Source: an uncultured Desulfobacteraceae bacterium
GTDB taxonomy: Bacteria; Desulfobacterota; Desulfobacteria; Desulfobacterales; JAABSP01
Direction: 5' to 3'
Assembly: GCA_964652715.1 (NCBI GenBank)
Contig: CAZZBE010000004.1
Location: 1-57,079, forward strand
DNA length: 57,079 nt
Numbering within the stretch: the stretch's first letter is position 1; every line of letters begins with the position of its first letter. The notes beneath the pieces are model-generated. The model saw only the letters and a list, made by a program, of their open reading frames with translations. It searched no databases and was not told where the DNA came from. The position numbers and the translations under genes were made by a program. Below, in pieces: positions 9,901 through 21,157 of the stretch.

Positions 9901-10616
9901 CCGTGTTGTCCCAGTGGGCGGCGCCGAAGCCGGGAAGAGAGGAGGGGGAGAAGGGGCCGGATCCCGGCGAGTTGCCCGGGGTTCCGGGGATCGATGTGGC
10001 CGCCGGGGTCAACCGCGTCAGCGGCAACCGGCCGCTTTTCCTGAAGATCCTGTCGTCCTTCGCCGAAGAGTACAGCGCCGTTTCATCGACGGTCCGGGAG
10101 GCGCTGGACCGGGGCGATGTCCACGAAGCGCTCCGGGAGGTCCATACGGTCAAGGGCGTCGCGGGCAACATTTCCGCCCGGGGGCTGGCCTCGGCCGCTC
10201 TGGAGCTGGAAAGCGCGTTGAGAGAGACCGGCGGCGCCGACCGGGACCTGATCGAGGACTTCGACCGGGCGGTCGGGAAGGTGCTGGACGCGATCCACCG
10301 GTTGATGGCGATGAAAGACCGGTTCGCGGGCGCGGATGATCCGGAAGCCGACTTGTCCGACAGAATCCTTGGGGCGCCGCCGGAAAAGGCGGAGGTCTAT
10401 GAACGGTTGATCGCCCTGGACCGGCTGCTCCAGGCCAACGACCTGGAGGCCGAAGAGGCGCTGGCGGGATTGAAACAGTTTTTGGCCCCCTGGCCCGAAG
10501 GAAAGGAGATCCTGGAGAAAATCGAAGATCGCATCGACCGGCTCGATTTCAGCGGCGCCAGACAGGAATTGACGGGGATGGCGCGGCTATTGTCCCTGCC
10601 GACGGAGGCGCCCTGA
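6930..10616 (+). CDS. soluble hybrid sensor histidine kinase (3x PAS, HisKA, HATPase_c, 2x REC, Hpt)
   Basis: H-box SHEIRTPLN, G-box GGTGLGLAIS, receiver motifs DWMMPEMDG and DIQMPEMDG, and Hpt HTVKG are present. I saw no TM segments. The start is the first ATG after the large-subunit stop. The 1578-aa track ORF is an out-of-frame read-through artefact upstream of 6930. Confidence 0.88.
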   Translation: MDPDAAAALTAENRLLREEIRVARDAAEITAALVVRQFEETEKILHRFQSANAQRKAVLNSAAQISIIAADGDGVISVFNTGAENLLGYRANEVIGRQTPEIFHAESELTRRGKILGVPAYALLQEYAVRDMSEGSEWTYVRRDGGRFPVNMTINALRDPEGMVSGYLCIAMDITERKQAEEGLRQAHDQLERRVLERTRELAEANEDLQSEIRERKGIERSLRESQAEMAGIMDSITDRMSMLDETLTIVWANDIAKRLFGQDMIGKKCHEVYRRRSDACENCVALRTFADGKIHEHETDAVSVDGERLIFWCTTSVTAWHPDGRPRLVVENARDITARKKAEEALRASEENYRSIFENATEGIFQTTPDGRILAVNPAFVRIVGYDSEEELLGSVTDLREQLYVNPEKRDEFKRLMTRQGAATNFETRFHRKDGDIIHISVNAHAVRDKNGEIVYYEGILEDITQRKRAEDLKIAKDAAEAATRAKSDFLANMSHEIRTPLNAIIGLTDLSLRTDLSGKQRDYLRKISTSGRTLLEIINDILDFSKIEAGRMELERTEFNLQDKLENLADMLSGKAGEKGIELVASADEDVPRTLIGDPLRLGQVLTNLTNNAVKFTDSGDVTVRVSLLQKDADRVRLRFTIQDSGIGIDREVIRNLFTPFTQADGSTTRKYGGTGLGLAISKRLVEMMHGEIRAMSEPGGGATFHFTARFDLPEQRPEKKPEAPRHLSGKEILVVDDNDAAREIIRQTLCSFGFRAEGVESGSAAIEILKGRGGEGGFDLLIVDWMMPEMDGIDTLKRIRGDPELPTPPVLMMTAFGREEVMQQAENLGVAGFLIKPIKMSVLFDTLMGVFGANSDGPAADAGEAADMPVRGRLRGAKVLVVEDNRINRQVATELLTSAGLRVETAENGKAALAAVQKGDYDAVLMDIQMPEMDGYEATRVLRRDFGRRDLPIIAMTAHALKGDREKCLAAGMNDYVAKPIDREELLTVLSQWAAPKPGREEGEKGPDPGELPGVPGIDVAAGVNRVSGNRPLFLKILSSFAEEYSAVSSTVREALDRGDVHEALREVHTVKGVAGNISARGLASAALELESALRETGGADRDLIEDFDRAVGKVLDAIHRLMAMKDRFAGADDPEADLSDRILGAPPEKAEVYERLIALDRLLQANDLEAEEALAGLKQFLAPWPEGKEILEKIEDRIDRLDFSGARQELTGMARLLSLPTEAP

Positions 10617-10617
10617 G

Positions 10618-11535
10618 ATGACGGATGACCGTCGGAAACAGCGGGTGCTGATCGTGGACGACGCCCCTGGAAATATCCGGGTGCTGGCCCAGGTGTTGAA
10701 GCCCCTGTACGCGGTCCGCTTCGCCACCAGCGGAAAAGAGGCGCTGGATCTGGCCATGTCCGGCGATCCCCTCGACCTCGTCCTGCTGGACATCATGATG
10801 CCGGAGATGGATGGATACGAAGTCTGCCGTCGCCTCAAAGCGTCCGAAAAGACGCGCCACATCCCGGTGATCTTTATCACCGCCATGAACGAGGAGGAGG
10901 ACGAGACCAAAGGGCTGGAACTCGGCGCCGTGGATTACATCACGAAACCCTTCAGCAAGGCCATCGTCAAGGCCCGGGTCCGGACCCACCTGGAACTGAA
11001 GCGGCACCGGGACATCCTCGAAAACCTGTCCTCCCTGGACGGGCTGACGGGGATCCCCAACCGGCGGCGGTTCGATGAATTCGTCGCCACCGAGTGGCGC
11101 AACGGGATCCGGGAGGGGAGGCCGATGTCCCTCATCATGATCGACATCGATTATTTCGGCGCCTACAACAATACCTACAACCATCTGGCGGGCGACGATT
11201 GCCTCAAGCGCGTGGCGACGACCCTGACGGGATGCCTGCGCCGGCCCACGGATTTCGCGGCCCGGTACGGCGGTGAGGAATTCTCGGCCGTCCTGCCGAA
11301 AACCGATCTGGAGGGGGCCGCGCACATGGCCGAACAGATGCGGGCGTCGGTTGAAGCCCTCCGGATCGAACACGACGCTTCGCCCGTTTCGGACTGGGTG
11401 ACCATCAGCCTGGGCGTCGCGAGCATCCTGCCGTTCCGGGAGGGTACGGCCCAGTTTTTGATCAAAGGCAGCGACAGCGTGCTCTTCGACGCCAAGAAGG
11501 CCGGCAGAAATCAGGTCAAAACCCTTCAATTGTAA
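10618..11535 (+). CDS. response regulator with GGDEF output (PleD-like diguanylate cyclase)
   Basis: The REC domain carries LLDIMMPEMDG. The GGDEF domain has an intact RYGGEEF and an RxxD I-site (RPTD) 5 residues upstream. The ATG lies 1 nt after the kinase stop (TGAGATG). Confidence 0.93.
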   Translation: MTDDRRKQRVLIVDDAPGNIRVLAQVLKPLYAVRFATSGKEALDLAMSGDPLDLVLLDIMMPEMDGYEVCRRLKASEKTRHIPVIFITAMNEEEDETKGLELGAVDYITKPFSKAIVKARVRTHLELKRHRDILENLSSLDGLTGIPNRRRFDEFVATEWRNGIREGRPMSLIMIDIDYFGAYNNTYNHLAGDDCLKRVATTLTGCLRRPTDFAARYGGEEFSAVLPKTDLEGAAHMAEQMRASVEALRIEHDASPVSDWVTISLGVASILPFREGTAQFLIKGSDSVLFDAKKAGRNQVKTLQL

Positions 11536-11568
11536 AACCACCCAATATGATTATATTGGGTGGTTTTA
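11533..11568. terminator. perfect 16-bp-stem palindrome (TAAAACCACCCAATAT-GATT-ATATTGGGTGGTTTTA)
   Basis: A-run and T-run flanks give a bidirectional intrinsic-terminator shape. It begins at the TAA stop of the REC-GGDEF gene (first two stem bases are the last two of the stop codon) and ends 19 nt upstream of the recombinase ATG. An alternative role as a recombination site is discussed in findings. Confidence 0.55.
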
Positions 11569-11586
11569 ACCAGGAGCAGCCGGAAA

Positions 11587-12516
11587 ATGAGTGACACTGT
11601 GGCGGAAAAACCCAAAATGACCCTCCGCGACGCCGTCGAGGCGCATCTCGTCGAAAAACAGGCCCTGGGACAACTGAGCGACGCCACGGTCTACAACCGG
11701 CGTTATGAGCTGACGCGGTTCGCGGAGTATTGCGAAATCCGGAACATCCGCCATCCGGACGAGATCGACAAAGAGTCGATTCTGGGGTATCTGAAAATCC
11801 AGAATCTGAAGAAAAGCTCCAGGACGACGCTCATGTATGTCCTGAACAGCTTCATGCAGTTTTTGGTGGATGAAGGCCTGGTTTCGGAAAATGCGGCCGA
11901 GGGTCTGGAGAAACCCAAATTCTATCTTCCCAAAACCGATTATCTCACCATCGACGAATTGAACCGGCTGATGGTCGCGGAACAAAATAAAAAGAATCGG
12001 AAAACGGTGGCCCGGAATCTGCTCCTGTTCGGCCTGTTCACCGATATCTGTCTGCGGGTTTCGGAGGTCGTCAACCTGAAGCTCACCGACATCCGGCTCG
12101 AAGAAAAAGAGATCTGGGTGACCCGGAAGCGCGGCAAAGAAGAAAAAATTCCGTTACATACCGATTTAATACAAAAATTCAAGGACTGGCTGGCCATCCG
12201 CCCCACCTACAAGGGGAGCCTGCGGGACTGGGTGTTCCTGTCCAGCCACGGCCAGCGGTTGACCCGCCGGCAGGTGCATGACATCACCCGGTCGGCGCTG
12301 AAAAGAGCGGGCATCTTCAAGCGGCAAGAGGGCCCTCACCTCCTGCGCCATTCCGGGGCGAGCCTCAAGGCGCGGTCGGGCGAAAACCTGATCATTATCC
12401 AGTACTTACTGGGTCATGAAAACCTGAACACCACCCGCCGCTATCTCCACTTCGACTGGGAGGAATTGAAGGAGATGGTGGACCGGAGCCCGAGGTTGGG
12501 GGAAGAGTCGCAATGA
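11587..12516 (+). CDS. tyrosine recombinase/integrase, XerC/D-like
   Basis: The catalytic signature is CLRVSE (R), HLLRHSGAS (HxxR) and LLGHENLNTTRRYLH (H..Y). An AGGAG lies 10 nt upstream of the ATG at 11587. The track start at 11560 lies inside the palindrome. Confidence 0.85.
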   Translation: MSDTVAEKPKMTLRDAVEAHLVEKQALGQLSDATVYNRRYELTRFAEYCEIRNIRHPDEIDKESILGYLKIQNLKKSSRTTLMYVLNSFMQFLVDEGLVSENAAEGLEKPKFYLPKTDYLTIDELNRLMVAEQNKKNRKTVARNLLLFGLFTDICLRVSEVVNLKLTDIRLEEKEIWVTRKRGKEEKIPLHTDLIQKFKDWLAIRPTYKGSLRDWVFLSSHGQRLTRRQVHDITRSALKRAGIFKRQEGPHLLRHSGASLKARSGENLIIIQYLLGHENLNTTRRYLHFDWEELKEMVDRSPRLGEESQ

Positions 12517-12527
12517 AGGTTCCGACC

Positions 12528-12560
12528 AGACCTGCGAGGTTTTGGAAACCTCGCAGGTCT
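12528..12560. terminator. perfect 15-bp-stem hairpin (AGACCTGCGAGGTTT-TGG-AAACCTCGCAGGTCT) between convergent genes
   Basis: The stem is seen directly in the sequence. It sits between the recombinase stop (12516) and the cohesin-protein stop (12560-12562). Confidence 0.6.
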
Positions 12561-13129
12561 TAGGGGGACCCCTCCCCTTTCGCCGCCTTATCCGACGTTT
12601 TTTCTTCCTTTTTGTCGGGTCGTTCAGGAATTTCAGGCGGCGCGGCGGAGAGGATCTTCAGGGGCGGCGTGTTGACGGTGTAGGGAAGATCCTTCAGATC
12701 GTCGCTCATGAGCTGGGCCTCCCGGATACTGAGGGCGGCTTCGGCCGGGGCCTCGACCGCGGCGTTGACCCGGAACTCCAGGGTCAGGATGGGGAAATCG
12801 TCCCCCTTGATGCCCCGGGCCGCGGCCATGACGGCGATGAGGGTTCCCGGTTTCTTGTCGTTGACGATGTGCATCATGGAATGGGTGAACTTCGTCTTGT
12901 CCGCTTTGGAAAAAGTGAGCACCTTCGGGTCGTAGGTCATCACCAGCTTGACGCCGGCCAGGTTGTCCACATGATCCAGCATCACGGGGATGGTCACCGC
13001 CATGCCCGGCGTTGTTTTCAGGTCCGGGATGGAAATCTCCGCGGCCCGGGCCGCCGGGACCATCATTAATATAACCAGCCCTGTTATCATCGCTCGCCAG
13101 CCTGTAAAACCGATCATCTCGCGCTTCAT
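12560..13129 (-). CDS. secreted cohesin-domain protein
   Basis: A signal peptide (ITGLVILMMVPAARAA) is present. A cohesin-like beta-sandwich pattern follows (PGMAVTIPVMLDHVDNLAGVKLVMTYDPKVLTF ... ILTLEFRVNA), then a Pro/Lys/Glu-rich tail. Confidence 0.72.
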   Translation of the reverse strand: MKREMIGFTGWRAMITGLVILMMVPAARAAEISIPDLKTTPGMAVTIPVMLDHVDNLAGVKLVMTYDPKVLTFSKADKTKFTHSMMHIVNDKKPGTLIAVMAAARGIKGDDFPILTLEFRVNAAVEAPAEAALSIREAQLMSDDLKDLPYTVNTPPLKILSAAPPEIPERPDKKEEKTSDKAAKGEGSP

Positions 13130-13255
13130 CGCTCACCCGTATCCGTTGTATGGTTTTCCATGGTATCCCGGTCCTTTCAACACCCTGTTCTAAATGCCAT
13201 GAATGGATATTTTTTTCAATATCCCCCCACGATATTTTTCTCTTCAACGGATCGA

Positions 13256-13284
13256 TTGACAGATTCTCGACAATATCTTATAAT
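13256..13284 (+). promoter_or_regulatory. consensus sigma70-type promoter TTGACA-N17-TATAAT upstream of ispF
   Basis: Both hexamers match exactly (13256-13261 and 13279-13284) with a 17-nt spacer. It lies about 55 nt upstream of the ispF ATG. Confidence 0.65.
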
Positions 13285-13340
13285 TATTCGGGTTTTCAAG
13301 GATCATGGCCATCGGCGCGCAACGGAGGAAAACCGGACGG

Positions 13341-13820
13341 ATGCGGATCGGATCAGGATATGATATACACCGGCTGGTCGCCGGCCGGAAACTGGTGCTG
13401 GGGGGGGTGGAGATCCCCTTCGACAAGGGGCTGCTGGGACATTCGGATGCGGACGTCCTGCTTCATGCGGTGTGCGACGCCCTTTTGGGGGCCGCGGGGC
13501 TGGGGGACATCGGTCTCCATTTTCCCGATACCGATCCCCGGTTCAAGGACATCGACAGCATGGCGCTGCTCTCCCGGACCGCCGGGATGGTCCGGGAACG
13601 GGGGTACGCCATCGTCAACGCCGATGTCACCGTCTTCGCCCAGGCCCCCAGGCTGGCCCCCTACCGGGACCGGATGCGGGCCAGCGTGGCCCGCGGGCTT
13701 GAAATCGAAACGGATCGGGTCAATATTAAAGCCACCACCACCGAGGGCCTGGGACCCATGGGCCGGGGCGAGGGCATCGGGGCCATGTGCGCGGCGCTGA
13801 TCGAAAAACAACGGACATAA
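13341..13820 (+). CDS. ispF: 2-C-methyl-D-erythritol 2,4-cyclodiphosphate synthase
   Basis: [12 protein letters not shown] and [11 protein letters not shown] motifs are present. A GGAGGA lies upstream of the ATG at 13341. The track start at 13305 adds 12 non-conserved residues. Confidence 0.93.
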   Translation: MRIGSGYDIHRLVAGRKLVLGGVEIPFDKGLLGHSDADVLLHAVCDALLGAAGLGDIGLHFPDTDPRFKDIDSMALLSRTAGMVRERGYAIVNADVTVFAQAPRLAPYRDRMRASVARGLEIETDRVNIKATTTEGLGPMGRGEGIGAMCAALIEKQRT

Positions 13821-13845
13821 CCGAAGATAAAGGGAAAAACGAGCC

Positions 13846-15273
<1,428 letters not shown>

Positions 15274-15275
15274 CC

Positions 15276-17283
<2,008 letters not shown>

Positions 17284-17285
<2 letters not shown>

Positions 17286-17315
17286 AAAAAGGGCGCGAAC
17301 CGCCGCCCTTTTTTT
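17284..17315. terminator. bidirectional intrinsic terminator (A7-GGGCG...CGCCC-T7)
   Basis: A GC stem is flanked by an A-run and a T-run. It lies between convergent uvrB and the cache-like gene. Confidence 0.7.
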
Positions 17316-17344
17316 GTCCCAACGCTTAGAGGCTTAACTGGCGA

Positions 17345-17731
17345 TTATTCGCTGTAGCCGCTGCCTACGATCAGGTTGTTGTCCGTCTTCTTGACGTAGG
17401 AATGCTTCATGGAGCCCTTCCACATGTAATCGGCCGTTTCCTTGCCTTCCTTCACGGAGGTGGCGATCGCCTCGTATACCGGCGGCGCGACTTCCTTCAG
17501 GCTCTTCCCGGTAAGGGAGGGATGAACGACCAGCATGCCGTCTTCTTCCAGGACAAAAACGTAGGGGTCATAGTCGTTGGCGTTGATCGTTTTGGCGTCC
17601 TTGCCGCCGTTGATCGCCGCCACCACGTCTTCGACGTTCTTCTTGGCGGCTTCCTTGCCGCCGGCCAGCGCGTTGGTCGCCAGGCACAGTCCAAAGATCA
17701 ATACCAGCAGTACGATGATAATTCTTTTCAT
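17345..17731 (-). CDS. small periplasmic Cache-like (PDC-fold) protein
   Basis: A signal peptide (IIIVLLVLIFGLCLATNALA) is present. The motif YVFVLEEDGMLVVHPSLTGKSL is typical of single-Cache domains. Confidence 0.6.
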   Translation of the reverse strand: MKRIIIVLLVLIFGLCLATNALAGGKEAAKKNVEDVVAAINGGKDAKTINANDYDPYVFVLEEDGMLVVHPSLTGKSLKEVAPPVYEAIATSVKEGKETADYMWKGSMKHSYVKKTDNNLIVGSGYSE

Positions 17732-18032
17732 GTTTTTCTCCTCTTTTTGATGAATTAATCCGAACGATTTTTCCTCACCCGGTTCGTGAAACGAACCCCG
17801 CCGGTCCTATCACCCCCTTTTTCGATGTCCCGCGCCTTTTCGGTTTGTTTTCAGGACAGGCGCCCGTGTCCTTCGTGATGAATCATCATCCCAATACCAC
17901 ATCGGTGTAATAAAATACAAGAGATAAAATTAAATTTATTCAGGTTAAAAAATGAATATTATTTTTCAGGCTTAGAGCCTATCCGAAAACCTTGGATTTG
18001 GGACTGCGCTTTACAGCGGGGAAAAATGGTAT

Positions 18033-19877
18033 ATGTTTCTGGCCATGATGACGGAATTAATCGAAAAATTGCCGAGGGTCTCCACCGGGCCCGGCGTCTA
18101 CCTCATGAAGGACGCCGACGGGAAAGTGATCTACGTGGGCAAGGCCGGCGACCTGAAGAAGCGGTTGACCTCCTATTTTAAAAAAAACAACGGGATGGAC
18201 ATCAAGACCGGCATCCTGGTCCGGAAGATCGCGACCTTCGAGACCATCCTCACCCATACCGAAAACGAGGCCCTGATCCTGGAGTCGAACCTGATCAAGC
18301 GGCACCGCCCCCGGTACAACGTCATCCTCAAGGACGACAAGCGGTACCCCTCGCTCCGGCTGGACGTCCGGAATCCGTTTCCGACCCTCTCCATCGTCCG
18401 AAAGCCGGAAAACGACGGGGCCCTCTATTTCGGCCCCTTTTCGTCGGCGAATGCGGCCCGGCAGACCCATCGCTTCATCGAAAAGACCTTCGGGCTCCGG
18501 AAATGCCGGAACCGGCGGTTGAAGGAACGGACCCGGCCCTGCCTCAACCACCAGATGGGATCATGCCTGGCCCCGTGCAGCAAAAAGGTGGATCCGGAGA
18601 CCTACGGGGCCATCGTCCGGGAGGTGACCCTTTTTCTCCGGGGCCGGACCCCGGAACTGGTGCGAACCCTGAAGGCCGACATGACGGCGGCGGCCGAGGC
18701 CCGGGATTTCGAGGCCGCGGCCCTTCTCCGGGACCGGATGTATGCCCTCCAGCGGACCCTGGAAAAGCAGGTGGCGGTGACCGCCGATTTCCAGGACCGC
18801 GACGTGCTGGCCGCGACCCGGTCCGACAACCTTTGCCTGGTGACGCTGCTCTCGGTCCGGGGGGGCTACCTCATGGGGATGCGCCATTTCCGGTTCGAGG
18901 AAGCCCTGGCCCCCCGGGAGGAGACCATCGCCGCCTTTATCCGTCAGTACTACGAAGGCAGCCGGTTCATCCCCAACGAGGTGCTGACCCCCTCCCCCCT
19001 GGAGGACGCCGACCTGCTGGCGGACTGGCTCACTTCGGTCAAAGGGCGGCGGGTCCATGTGATGCGGCCCCGGCGGGGGGAGCGGGCGGCCCTTTTGCGG
19101 ATGGCCGAGGACAACGCCCGGGACGGAATGGAGGAGTGGATCACGGAGCGCTCGGCGGACATCGGGCTGCTGACCCGGATCCAGAAACGCCTCCACCTGG
19201 ACCAGGTCCCGGTCCGGATCGAGTGCGTGGACAACTCCAACATCTCGGGCACGAACCCCGTGGCGGCCCTGGTGACCTTCCAGGGGGGGCGGCCCGACAA
19301 ATCGGGATACCGGAAATACCGGATCAAGAGCGTCGGGGATTTGAACGACGATTACGCCAGCATGGCCGAGGTGCTGAAGCGCCGGTACGGCAAGGGGCCG
19401 GATTCGGAACCTTTTCCGGATCTTCTGATGGTGGACGGCGGCAAGGGGCAGCTCAACATCGCCCTGGCCGTCATGAGGGAACTGGGGATCTCGGACCGGT
19501 TCGAAGCGGCGGCCATCGCCAAGAAGGACGAGGAGAAGGGGGAGACCGAGGACAAGATCTTCCGGCCGGGGCGGGCCAACCCGATCCTCTTCGGCAAGGA
19601 TCGCGATCCGCTGTTTCTCCTTCAACGGATACGGGACGAGGCCCATCGGTTCGCCATTACGTTCCACCGGAAGCGGCGGGCCAAGAGCGCCCTGTCCTCG
19701 GTGCTGGACGGGGTGAGCGGGATCGGAAAGAAACGGAAAGCCGCGCTGCTCCGCCATTTCGGGTCGATCCGGAAAATGCGGGAGGCCACGGTGGAAGAAC
19801 TCCGGGCCGCGCCCGGCATGACGGCCAATGCGGCGGAGAGCCTCAAGGCGGCGCTGGAGGCCGCGGATGGATCTTGA
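18033..19877 (+). CDS. uvrC: excinuclease ABC subunit C
   Basis: GIY-YIG N-terminus (GVYLMKD..VIYVGKA), UVR domain (DFEAAALLRDRM) and a C-terminal HhH region are present. The start could also be the ATG at 18045 or 18048. Confidence 0.95.
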   Translation: MFLAMMTELIEKLPRVSTGPGVYLMKDADGKVIYVGKAGDLKKRLTSYFKKNNGMDIKTGILVRKIATFETILTHTENEALILESNLIKRHRPRYNVILKDDKRYPSLRLDVRNPFPTLSIVRKPENDGALYFGPFSSANAARQTHRFIEKTFGLRKCRNRRLKERTRPCLNHQMGSCLAPCSKKVDPETYGAIVREVTLFLRGRTPELVRTLKADMTAAAEARDFEAAALLRDRMYALQRTLEKQVAVTADFQDRDVLAATRSDNLCLVTLLSVRGGYLMGMRHFRFEEALAPREETIAAFIRQYYEGSRFIPNEVLTPSPLEDADLLADWLTSVKGRRVHVMRPRRGERAALLRMAEDNARDGMEEWITERSADIGLLTRIQKRLHLDQVPVRIECVDNSNISGTNPVAALVTFQGGRPDKSGYRKYRIKSVGDLNDDYASMAEVLKRRYGKGPDSEPFPDLLMVDGGKGQLNIALAVMRELGISDRFEAAAIAKKDEEKGETEDKIFRPGRANPILFGKDRDPLFLLQRIRDEAHRFAITFHRKRRAKSALSSVLDGVSGIGKKRKAALLRHFGSIRKMREATVEELRAAPGMTANAAESLKAALEAADGS

Positions 19878-19903
19878 AAACAGGGAAGAGAAAACGGGTG
19901 TAC

Positions 19904-19931
19904 GTAGGGGCGAAAAATCTTTCGCCCCTAC
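19904..19931. repeat. REP-like palindrome GTAGGGGCGAAA-AATC-TTTCGCCCCTAC; bidirectional terminator between uvrC and mdh
   Basis: Perfect 12-bp stem. It is followed by a degenerate second copy at 19936-19956 (GGGCGGAAATTTCGCCCCTAC). The arms are the same as at 42-66. Confidence 0.6.
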
Positions 19932-19974
19932 CAAAGGGCGGAAATTTCGCCCCTACCGAAACGTTTGAAAACGC

Positions 19975-20940
<966 letters not shown>

Positions 20941-21157
20941 TTAAGAAAGCCGTATAGACGGACGGCTGTGAAAACTTCATTGAATCCAAAGGGAATAGAT
21001 AGCACACTCGCATGGGTTGTCAATTGATTTATCAGATATTGACAGGGCGATCATAAATAGAGTAGAGAGTATAAAATATTGGTATATCAATGCATAGGGT
21101 TACGCGCCAAACAGATGCTCCCGACGGCCGATGCCGGAAGCGCGAACGAGGGGACGG

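Noticed and set aside
5880-10616. 1578-aa ORF that appears to fuse hydrogenase-region sequence to the histidine kinase, and the 5194 start for the large subunit.
   Set aside because: The first 350 residues are an out-of-frame Arg/Pro/Gly-rich read-through of the large-subunit gene. Kinase-like sequence begins at the ATG at 6930. Likewise, residues encoded by 5194-5385 lie out of frame inside the small-subunit gene, and the real start is 5386.
12542-13069. 175-aa plus-strand ORF opposite the cohesin-domain gene.
   Set aside because: It is antisense to an ORF with a clear signal peptide and cohesin pattern. Its translation is Gly/Arg/Asp-rich low complexity.
13313-13322. Attempt to infer BssHII-like (GCGCGC) specificity for the permuted methyltransferase from site avoidance.
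   Set aside because: GCGCGC occurs in the window (for example near 13315, 21345 and 33975), so there is no visible avoidance. Specificity cannot be deduced by eye, and the idea is left as a REBASE or methylome check only.
17732-18032. Small hairpins (GGTTCGT-GAA-ACGAACC and AGGACA..TGTCCT) and AT-rich tracts in the cache/uvrC divergent intergenic region as possible regulatory RNAs.
   Set aside because: The stems are short (6-7 bp), not repeated elsewhere in the window, and have no recognisable riboswitch or promoter consensus.
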